Source: Haliotis rufescens (Eukaryota). Taken from it: a DNA stretch of 64,000 nt. The stretch spans positions 23,870,001 through 23,934,000 of the forward strand of contig NW_025963879.1 of assembly GCF_023055435.1 (NCBI RefSeq). Reading direction: 5' to 3'. A program made the position numbers and the translations under genes. Positions 53,227 through 64,000 of the stretch are shown piece by piece. The notes beneath the pieces were generated by a model that saw nothing but the letters and a program-made list of their open reading frames with translations, was not told the origin of the DNA and ran no database searches. Every line of letters starts with the position of its first letter. The stretch's first letter is position 1.

Positions 53227-56200
53227 CAGGTGGATTTACACCATGAGGTGTGTGCACTTGTGAAACGTGTTCAGTGTTTCGATCACGTGACATAGGTATG
53301 GGGGTGACACCAACTCATTACCATATCGAAAGTAGGAGACATTAAGTTCAGACGATATGGAATAATACAGTTATCTAGAAGTATTTTCCTATATTGTTTA
53401 CTGAGGCATTTGTCAGGGATCATGTCAGTAATAACTGTAAAAGACACACGTGATGTATACATACACATACGCCGGGATCGATCTCTGTATTGAAGTCAAG
53501 TGGCCGACTGAAGGAAATAGTGAAAGTGGATCTTTGAAATAGTCTGGTTAGCCTACAGGTTACATTTAATTAGGTCATGAGAATCTGCCTAGTTAGATGA
53601 ACCCTTGTGGTGTTACCAGTACACAGCAGGACAGGTGTGTAGCGTTTTAAGTGAAGTAGACGCAAGCCTTGTGACAACACACTTACCCGAGACAAGCAGG
53701 TTACCGGTGTCGAGGGAAATTGAGCAGCCAGTGAGATCTATCCTAGAGGGGTGTGGGCGTGATTCGTTCGTTACCAACTCGTGTCATTCCGGGACAAGCT
53801 GCTTGCAGGTCACAGAAATAGGAGCGAATGGAGGCGAATGGGCGTTTTGTATTTGTTCTAAACACTCTTGGTCTAGATTCGATTATTTAAAGGCCGCTTT
53901 CATGGAGCTGGAATAATCCTGAGGGCCGCGTAAACAACAAACAACTTTACAGACTGACATTACAGCTGTAATATTGATGACAGGAAAACTACAATTATTT
54001 ACTCGAGAATATGTCACGATACTCACTTCTTGCGGGTTTCCTTCACCTGTTTAACATGTTTATTTACCAACATACAGTGGCTAATATCTCTGTAAGCTGC
54101 TCGCAAACTAATTCCTTCAAGCTCACTTGGTTGGTGCAAAATACAATAAGCACAAAGTCGTAAATGCTGTATGTTTCTGTACTTTGCATCAAGCGTCGAT
54201 AGCACAACAGTGATTACATTTCCGTGTTATCACACGCAAATCACAAAACATCGCATCACGATTTATTACCATCGAACAGCTCAGTTCCAGGGTGAATGTG
54301 GCAATTCCTCCCAACAACGAGAGAGCTATTGGTTCTGTGCTTCACAACACGTCAAAGTTTAGTAACTTTAGCAAAAGAATTACTGCAACTAATGCTTAGC
54401 AGCCGTTGTGAACAACTGATCACCAATTTAGTCACCTTCTATGACGTACAGAAATCAGCTGACGGAATTTAAGTAACATTCTAGAGTCGTTTGGCTGTTT
54501 TCGTGTTCCACGTCATATGATCCGCCTATCTTAACTCTGACTTGACTCTCCTGGGCCTGAATCCCCTGCAGGACACGTGGCAGAACAGTGGAACTTCCAT
54601 CCGCATCAGTGTCGTCGGAATAACGTCTTTAAAGCTGTAACAAAACAGTGTTGCTCATTTGTGTTTTCCTGCGGGACGAGCAAGGATTAGTGTCTTGTAA
54701 AAATATTCATCATACACATACATATCTCACAACATCACCAGGATACAGAGTGGAAATAGCTCCTTAACATCTGAAATTATGATTACAAACATGTCACATG
54801 GATTTATTTTCAGATATAATTCCATATAATATAAACATATAATTTATAGAATCCACATACGTTCAAAATAAGTACGGTCAATATTTAAAATTCCATCACA
54901 ATTCCATATAAAATTCAGATGTGTTCTACTGTGCGATATGTTCATGTTAGATTCATAAAAGCAGTGTGTGTACAGCTGTATCTGGCTATTTAGATTACAT
55001 ATAGATTGTGCAAACAATTACACACCTTGTCCAACTGGATATCTGTTCATATCATTCAAATAGTAAGGCTTGGATGAGAGATTAAATACTTATGAAATAA
55101 GTGGGAGTTGTTTATCGTACAATAAAACACTGCAGGGAGAATAAACCATGAGGCCAAAACGAGTGGTCAAAAGTTTGGTGCAGTTGATGGACAGGTGTTA
55201 AGTTCTTTAGAAAAGCAAGTCATTAACTATTTAATACTTAGTACTTATCTTAAAGTATGAATTCAGTCTTAAATTATTACATCAGTGCAAATCTAGCAGA
55301 ACGCAGGATGTACTTATGAACCGAATTCAAAATATCTAAACATGTCTCAGTTCTAACCTCTCGTAACAAATGCGTATCTGTAGGACTCTCGTTTTTAAAA
55401 CTTTATGTGCGTTCAACCATCAGTCTACAATATCAAACGACAAACGTTTTATAAACGCTAGCAAAAAATGTATATTCTTTTCTTAAAATGAGGACTTAAT
55501 TAATTTCAGGGCTTACAGATACTGTGCATACAAAAGATTCTCAACTTAAAGTCCGGTTTATTAAGGACGTGCCAAAAACGAGGCTGCCAACCCCCATTTT
55601 GGTAAGTGGGATTTAGGGGTCTATTTAGAACGTATTCTGTACTCAGCGATGTGGACTCCTAGAAGATCGTATTTGGTATGCAGGTTCAACATTAATTCTA
55701 AAAAATTGGTGTTCGCAAATGTTTTCTTCATATATTTCTTTTTTTTCTATTTTTCAGTAATCTTACTTGAAATCGCACCCTTTTCTCAATGCTTTTGAGA
55801 TTTGTGATGAGTTTCAGAAATAGGAAAATGAGACTGAAAACGGTATTCAGTTACTCAGAAGAGAATGGGGTTGGCGACCTAAAAATGTAGAAAGGTTCAT
55901 CCACGTAACCGTGTCTGGCCCGGAGTGACCTGGAATCCCCACGGAATGTGTTGATATACTTCTAGGGTGTTCGTGTAAACCCATTCTTGGCAGAGCTGCA
56001 TTAGGCGTTGAACAAAGAGGCAAATGTCCATGTTCTTGTTTCAATACCCAAAATACTTCAAACTAGTTTCTAAAAACATCCTTAATAAACGTGGGACGCT
56101 GTTCTTACTATCAATCATAGGTTTGTCTGGTCATAGCTGGAATGTTGTGGAGTGCGGCGGAAAACAACAAGCAGCCTATTCAAGGTCTCCCCGCTGTAAT

Positions 56201-56851
56201 TCCGGGTCAGTATAGGTCCTCGGCACCCTGTGCTTGTCGTTCGGGGCGACCAAATGGATGCGATGGTCAGACCCCGTCACTTGGTTGATTCAGTGTCATC
56301 GTGACCCAACGACTTGGATGTTGCTCGTGATGTCAATCAATGGTTTCTTGCGTCCATACTCGAGTAATTACCGTCATACATGTAGCTTGAATATTGCAGC
56401 GTTGACCAACGTAGAATTACAGTGGATTCATTTATTTGTAACACACATAAACGGCACACTCTGTGGTAGAATGTTCATAGCTTCAAGTGCATTCGTTCAC
56501 TGCATTTGATGGCGCTTCAAAAAACATTGCATCACGATTTATCTCCCTTAGACCGATCAACGGCCAAGTGAATGTAACACGTCCTCACTGCAGGAACGGG
56601 AGAGCAATCGGAGTTTAGTGATAAGAGCATTACTCGAAGAGCCATGTCTTGCTACTCAGATAACACATAAAATGTTTACACAAGTTAAATCTTCATTCAC
56701 AATTCATTCAACGCAAATGTAGAATGTGATTTTACCAAATACAGTGAAATGTGCTTACAGTTAAATACACAATGACACATATCACTGCACATAAATCCCC
56801 CAACAAAGACGTGACTATAGTTTATTGAGAGGAGACTTGTGACATGTTCAC

Positions 56852-59284
56852 TCACTTACATGTAAATACCTTCACTCCATCTGGTGTACACACGTACATG
56901 CGGCCACGCCCACAAACACACACTCCACGTGGATTCTGGACACCATCCTGTGATGTCAGCATGTTTCTAACAAACTGTCCTGACTCAGTCAGATGGAGGA
57001 CTCTGTGTAGTTGGTAGTCTGTCACCAGAATGTCGCCTGCGCTGGTGCTGGTGATACCAAGTGGAAACATCAGTGATGTGTCTCCTCTAGGGCTGTAGGT
57101 GAACACCACATCTCCCTCGGGAGTCAGACACACGACACACCTGGATCCCCAGTCAGACACCAGGATGTTTCCTGTCCTCGTGGTACAGAGGTAGAGGGGA
57201 TTCTTCAAGATGCATCTACTAGGTTGTCCTGGACAAATTGACTTCAGCACGTGTCCCGCCATATCCAGGATATCAACACAGGGAGGGAGGCTGGAACTTG
57301 CTGCTAGTGTTGATAGTGTCAGAGACGTGATACCCCGGTACTGTTTGCTGGTTGGGATGGCTGACAGCAGCACCAGGTCAGGGTTGACTTGTACTGTTAC
57401 AATCTGTCTCGTACCTTGCACAGTGACAGCCACCTGGTTGTCCTTCAACATTGTTATACCCCACGGAGGACCACCCAGACTGAGCCTGCTGTGACATGGC
57501 TGCTTGTTCCTGGTGTAGAAGGACTTCACACTGTTGTTGTTATAGTCTGTGACTACCACTGTGTCTGTACCATTCACCACTAACATCGTCATGTCATAGG
57601 GGTATGTATCTCCTGCTTCTCTGACGTTAATGGTGTCCTGTAACACAGGAGTAGCCTTCAGGTCCAGCACGTTAATGGTGTCCTGTAACACAGGAGTCGC
57701 CTTCAGGTCCAGCACATCCTCATACAGGACGTCTATCTCACCCAGCTGTAGATCGTCCAGTGCTCTACTCAGCTTGTCCGTGTCCCGTCTGAACATGATC
57801 CTGGCTATTCTTCCCTTCTCCTTCACGTCTGTGACTCCGACAGCCTCCACATCACCGGCCTCACATCCCTGGTACATCTCATACACACCCATGTCACACT
57901 CAGATTGTAGAGTCTGGTCTATCAGCTCAGCCTGTTGTTGGTACATCTGTACTGACATCTCACCTGACTTTATGTCTGCCTTCAGTTCTCCAATGTGTTT
58001 GTCAGACATTTCTTTCAGTTCAGCCAAAAGTTTCCGTTCCTTGACTTTGATCATCTCTATTGCTTTGAGACTTGAAGACTTGATATTCGATTCTATTTGT
58101 AAGTAAAGCGTTAATGCGTCATCGACTTTGGAGGTTTGTGTTCTTACATGTGTTTTCATCTCGTTGTATTTCTTCAACAAATCCTCTTTATTCTTTCTCA
58201 GCTCGGTTTTCATTGCAGGAATCTCAGACTCAATTTCAACAACCAAGTCACATTTCCTGTGATGAATAATGCAGCATGTTTGACAAACAGCTGTTTGACA
58301 ATCTTTACAAATATATTTGATATTTTCATCTTTGTGAACTTTACACATGACCTTTCTCTTGACCTTCACCTTTGTCTCTCCAGACAGGTCAACTACGTCA
58401 TGGTGTCGGGAAGATGGAATTCGTCTGTGTACTCGAATACATCGTTCACAGAGTGCGTCGTCACAAACAGAGCACCAAGATGTAGCTGGAGTTGTCTCCC
58501 CTTCCTCCTTGCAATAACTACAGTGAGTCGTATCTGAAATAGGAATGTGATCATGTAGAGATAGTAACAGTTCTATATCACTACCTACTACAGAACTTCA
58601 TGTGGCATATCACTCACACGGGTGAGACAACATGCATCAATAACATCCCAATACGTCTTAATGTGAAATATGTAAATAACATTGGATTTGTCTCACTGAT
58701 AGAAATCGCCATATAGATCTCAGAAAAAACAGCGATTGTGTCTGAGATAGACCTTAGACCATCTCCCTTTCGAATCATGTCTGGATAATCGTTGTTACTT
58801 GTAAAAACAGTGTACACGAAACGATTTCATGGTCTACATACAGCCTACAAACAACTTAATAAATGATTTTCGATATATTTTGAAACCATACAAAATATCT
58901 TCTCACTAAACATACATTCCTATAATCCAGTCAGGTGTGGAGTTGCCTGCTTAGAAGTAACATTCATATTCATACAAACCACAAACTCTCACCTTTAGAT
59001 CCGGGGCCAAACGAGTCCAAGAGTCCCTGGATGACAAAGCTGGGCTTGACGTCATCCGCCCACTCCTCCACTGGTCTCTCAGGGGCAGACACTTTCGTCA
59101 TCTTGCTGCAGAATGGACACAGGAGAGACTTGGCACTGGTGGCTTCTGGTCTGGTTTGGGTGTAGTTGACGACACATTTCCGACAGAAGGTGTGATTACA
59201 TACAAGTGTACAGGGCTTGTCAAACACCTCTGTACATATCGTGCATGTCAGGAAGTGTTCTGTTAACTTCTGTGAGGTCGCCAT
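56852..59284 (-). CDS. TRIM-NHL E3 ubiquitin ligase, copy 6, intact, 657 aa
   Basis: Exons 59284-58993 and 58533-56852; open frame; 3-aa in-frame deletion before NHL blade 1. Confidence 0.9.
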
Positions 59285-59520
59285 CTTACCTAGAAAAAAA
59301 CAAACCAGTCGAGTATTGCCTGTGTACAAAACATGCACGTCTTATCCACAACCCGAGCTTACCACTCTTAAACACTAAGGCCGACTTCAGTTGTGATAAT
59401 TTACTCTCCCGATCAAAAATTAAAAAAATATCGATTGTGTATTCACCTATCTTACCTACACAAAGATCAACCAGCCGTTGTATTTCCGGTGTACACAAAA
59501 GACAAATTTTAGCCACAATC

Positions 59521-60253
59521 TGACTGGTAGAGCGTCCACCCGGAGAGCCGAAGGTCCGGGGTTCGATCCCCGCCCACGTCACACCGAAAGACGTTAAAAG
59601 GTGGTACTTGTTGTTACCCTGTCTGGCGCCCGGCATTAAGGGTCTAAAACAAGGACTGGTCGACTCAGAGTCAGTATACTGTGTCTGAGTGGGGTATTCA
59701 TGTTAAACTGCGGCATGGTATCTCAGTGAGCTAGCACTATAAATCGGCATCAGTCACACAAACACACACGTACGCACATGCATGTCGCTATATCAGTGCA
59801 ATAATCTTGGACGCGACGTTAAACCCCATTTTACCTCACCTCACAATCCGAGCGTACAGTTCTTGAACACTGACACTAAGACCGACTGTAGTAGGGGGAC
59901 TTATTTACTGTCCCGTTCAAAACTAAGAAAGGGTATATTGTATCCTCCCATTCACCGACTGGATCGTCCAGATCTTGAAACAATTAACAAATATCCCGTT
60001 TCATAAGACCCATGAAGATTTGGGGTAGAATAGATCTTCAGCAACCTGTGCTTGCAGTCAAAGGCAACTATGCTTGTCGTAAGAGGCGACTAACGGGATC
60101 GGGTGGTTTATGCATGTCATCATATCCCAAGTGTGTGGATCAACGCTCATTATGTCAATCACTGGATTGTCTGGTCCAGACTCGATTATTTACAGACCGC
60201 CGTCATACAGCTGGAATATTGCTGAGTGCGGCCTTAAACAACAAACAAACAAA
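59521..60253 (+). mobile_element. MetaSINE-like element (59521-59841) plus SINE family A (60007-60253), unit 6
   Basis: Near-identical to 27623-28355. Confidence 0.78.
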
Positions 60254-60351
60254 AGAAAAGTTATCTCAGATGTATGCATTTCTTATGAACAACCTAACAT
60301 CCAGCTCTAATATTGTGTATATATGTGTGTCTGTCTGTGAGGTGTGTGCGT

Positions 60352-60426
<75 letters not shown>

Positions 60427-61455
60427 GTGCAGGTGCATTTACAACATGAAGTTCGTGCACTTGTGAGCCGTGTGCAGTGTATCGATCACGTGACATAGTT
60501 ATGGGGTGACACCCACTCATTACCATATCGAAAGTAGGAGACATTATTACAGTTCACATAATAAAGAACCATATCAGATGTGAAATAATACAGTTATGTG
60601 GAATTATTTTCCCGTATGGTTTACTGAAGCATTTGTCTGGGATCATGTCAGTAACAACTGTAACAGACACACGTGATATATACATACACGTACATAGGGA
60701 TCAGTCTCAGTATTGAAGTCAAGTGGCCGATCAGAGTATTTAATGACAGTGGATCTTTAAAGTATTCCGGTGAGCCTACATGTTATATTTAATTAGGTGC
60801 CCGGTTATGAGAATCTGCCTGGAGATGACTGTATAGTTAGATGAACCCTTGTGGTGTTACCACTACACAGTAGGACAGGTGTGTAGCGTTATAACTGAAG
60901 TAGACGCAAGCCTTGTGACAACACACTCACCTGAGACAAGCAGATAACCGCTGTGGAGGGAAATTGAGCCACCGTGAGTTTCGTTACCAACTCGTGTCAA
61001 AGTAGGACAAGCTGCTTGCAGGTCACAGAAATAGCGGCGAGTGGAGGCGAATGGGCGTTTTGTATTTGTTCTAAATACACTGGGTCTAGATTCGATTATT
61101 TAAAGGCCGCTTTCATGGAGCTGGAATAATCCTGAGTGCCGCGACAACAACAAACAAACTTACAGACTGACATGATACAGCTGTAATATTGATGACAGGA
61201 AAACTATAAATATTTACTCAAAAATAAGTTACGATACTCACTTCTTGTGGGTTTCCTTCACCTGTTTAACATAATTATTTACCAACATACAGTGGCTAAT
61301 ATCTCTGTAAGCTGCTCTCAAACTAATTGTTTCAAGCTCACTTGGTGGGTGCAATGTACAATAAGCACAAAGTCGTAAATGCTGTATCTTTCTGTACTTT
61401 GCATCAAGCATCAATAGCATAACAGTGATAACATGTTCGTGTTATCACACACAAA

Positions 61456-62819
61456 CGTATATGTACATTGGAATAATTAATGTGGAACATATATCGACAG
61501 CACGAACAGTGATGTCCATGTTTTCACATACAACATTCATCCTTGAAGCATGTATACTGAACCAAATTAAAAACTTCACAATCCTAAAATTTTAACATTT
61601 TGACCAGTTATCATTGTGGGCCCCTTATTGTGTATTTAAACTGTAATGGCCACGTATTGTCTTCAGGTAACACTCGTTTTTGTGCAGGTGAATCGATGAA
61701 AATCATGTGCACAGCACCATAGTGGAAAAAGTGTTTTTTCACGTGCAACTGGTCACGTGGTCATAACACCGCACGTCTTTTCAGCCATACATGTTAGCAG
61801 TCATTAACAAAAAAAGAAAAACACAAGAAAACAAAAGTCTTTATGGCCATTTGTCATGCCACGCCTTTCAAATGTGCAACGTGAACGTGACAACGGCATG
61901 TTGCAGACGGGAACGTCCGTGGCTGAAGTCGCAAGGACGATGGGTTGTAGTGCTGTTTATGATTTACAGACGCGTCTACAGCTAACGGGTACCACCGCTG
62001 ATCGCCCTGGACCAGGTCGACCACGTGTGACGTCACATGCAGAGGATAGTCAGATTGTCTTACGTCACCTCTGTAACCGATTTTTGACGGCTACATCAAC
62101 CAGAAACGAACTGTTTAGGGATAGACTGAGTGCGCAAACTGAAACTGTTCGAAACCGTCTGAGAACTGCTCATCTTCAAGCACGACGGCCATACTGTGGG
62201 CCGATTCTGACTCAATTACACAGACGTCAACGTCAATTGTTGGCACAGTGACACTTACGATGGACTCTGAGGAATTGGAATCAAGTCGTCTTCAGTAATG
62301 AATCTTCGATTTTCTGATGGTAGGGCGAGGGTGTGGAGGCGCCGTCATGAACGTTACGCCCAGTGTTGTGTACAGGAAGTTGACAGATTTCGAGGCGGAA
62401 GTGTCATGGTGTGAGGTGCTTTCTGTGGCAATGCACGTTCCAGGTTTCTTGTCATCCGTGGCAACCTCATCGCTGTTGCTTGCCGCGACCGGGTACTAGC
62501 ACCAGAACTTCTGCCTTTGATGGCAGCACATGGACCCGGTTTGATCTTCCAACACGACAATGCCAGACCCCACACAGCAATTTTGACGCTACTGAACTTG
62601 TGTGCCAACAGATTCTCGTGCTTGGGACTTATGACTTAAACTGTTGATGTTATTACCAAATACCGTAGGTGCTTGGAACAAATTATGGTTACCTTCGTTA
62701 ATTAAAATCCTTCTTTTGTCATAAATGATTAAAAATTACCTTCTCTGATACATTTGGCCGTTGTATATTATACCTTGGGATTACCTTTAAAAATGTCTAA
62801 GTTTTTAATTTGACTGGCT
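61456..62819 (+). mobile_element. Tc1 transposon, defective, unit 6
   Basis: Paralog of 36831-38196, same internal deletion. Confidence 0.88.
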
Positions 62820-64000
62820 TCACAAAACATCGCATCACGATTTATTACCCTTAGACCACTCAGTTCCAGAGTGAATTTGGCAATTCCTCCCATCAACGAG
62901 AGAGCTATTGGTTCTGTGATTCACAACACGTCACAGTTTAGTAAATTTAGCAAAAGAATTACTGTAACTAATGCCATCTGATCACCAATTTAGTCACCTT
63001 CTATGACGTACAGAAATCAGCTGACGGAATTTAAGTAAAATTCTAGACTCGTTTGGCTGTTTTGGTGTTCCACGTCATATGATCCGCCTATCTAACTCTG
63101 ACTTGACTCTCCTGGGCCTGAATCCCCTGCAGGACACGTTGCAGAACAGTGGAACTTCCATCTGCATCAGTGTCATCGGAATAACGTCTTTAAAACTGTA
63201 ACAAAACAGTGTTGCTCATTTATGTTTTCCAGCATGACGAGCAAGGAATAGTGTCTTGTAAAAATATTCATCTTACACATACATATCTCACAACATCACC
63301 AGGATACAGAGCAGAAAAAGCTCCATAACATACTGAAATTATGATTACAAACATGTCACATGGATTTATTTTCAGATATAATTCCATATCATATAAATAT
63401 ATAATTTATAGAATCCACATACGTTCAAAATAAGTACAGTCAATATTTAAAATTCCATCACAATTCCATATAAAATTCAGGTGTGTTCTATTGTGCGATA
63501 TGTTCATGTTAGATTCATAAAAGCAGTATGTGAACAGCTGTATCTGGCTATTTAGATTACATATAGATTGTGCAAACAATTACACACCTTGTCCAACTGG
63601 ATATCTGTTCATATCATTCAAATAGTAAGGCTTGGGTGAGAGATTAAATACTTAAGAAATAAGTGGGAGTTGTTTATCGTACAATAAAACACTGCAGGGA
63701 GAATAAACCATGAGGCCAAAACGAGTGGTCAAAAGTTTGGTGCAGTTGATGGACAGGTGTTCAGTTCTTTAGAAAAGCAAGTCATTAACTATTTAATACT
63801 TAGTACTTATCTTAAAGTATGAATTCAGTCTTAAATTATTACATCAGTGCAAATCTAGCAGAACGCTGGATGTACTTATGAACCGAATTCAAAATATCTA
63901 AACAGATCTCAGTTCTAACCTCTCGTATCAAATGCGTATCTGTAGGACTCTCGTTTCTAAAACTTTATGTGCGTTGAACCATCAGTCTACAATATCAAAC

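Larger units (their letters stand above)
17067..64000 (-). repeat. Tandem segmental array of TRIM-NHL gene units (>=6 units, period 7.1-8.7 kb)
   Basis: Homologous stop codons at 17905, 25197, 32951, 41134, 49796 and 56852 (spacings 7292, 7754, 8183, 8662, 7056); spacer blocks recur in the same order; the window ends mid-spacer. Confidence 0.97.

Overview
Eukaryotic (animal) genomic DNA; the SINE tails and gene families suggest a mollusc, probably a gastropod (inference only). The window has three parts. (1) 700-13038 (+): a 14-exon SLC6/NSS sodium:neurotransmitter symporter gene (~628 aa if it starts at ATG 700). Its introns carry SINEs, MITEs, a Penelope-type palindrome and a 167-N gap. (2) ~13400-17000: degraded DNA transposons, namely two divergent Tc1 relics and an Academ-like relic. 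(3) ~17070-64000: a head-to-tail tandem array of 7.1-8.7 kb units. Each unit carries a minus-strand TRIM-NHL gene with two coding exons (RING | B-box1, B-box2, coiled coil, six-bladed NHL propeller). Six copies are visible. Copies 1, 3 and 6 are intact; copies 2, 4 and 5 are disrupted; the spacer pattern indicates the array continues past the window. The strongest signal is that the copies are near-identical in RING, B-box, linker and propeller core but vary at the same two positions of every NHL blade (x-P-x-G and the D-x-x loop), which form the propeller's ligand-binding top face. Together with mosaic haplotypes and independent knock-outs, this looks like a rapidly diversifying intracellular receptor/E3 ligase repertoire. 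All alignments were done by eye; no database search was run.
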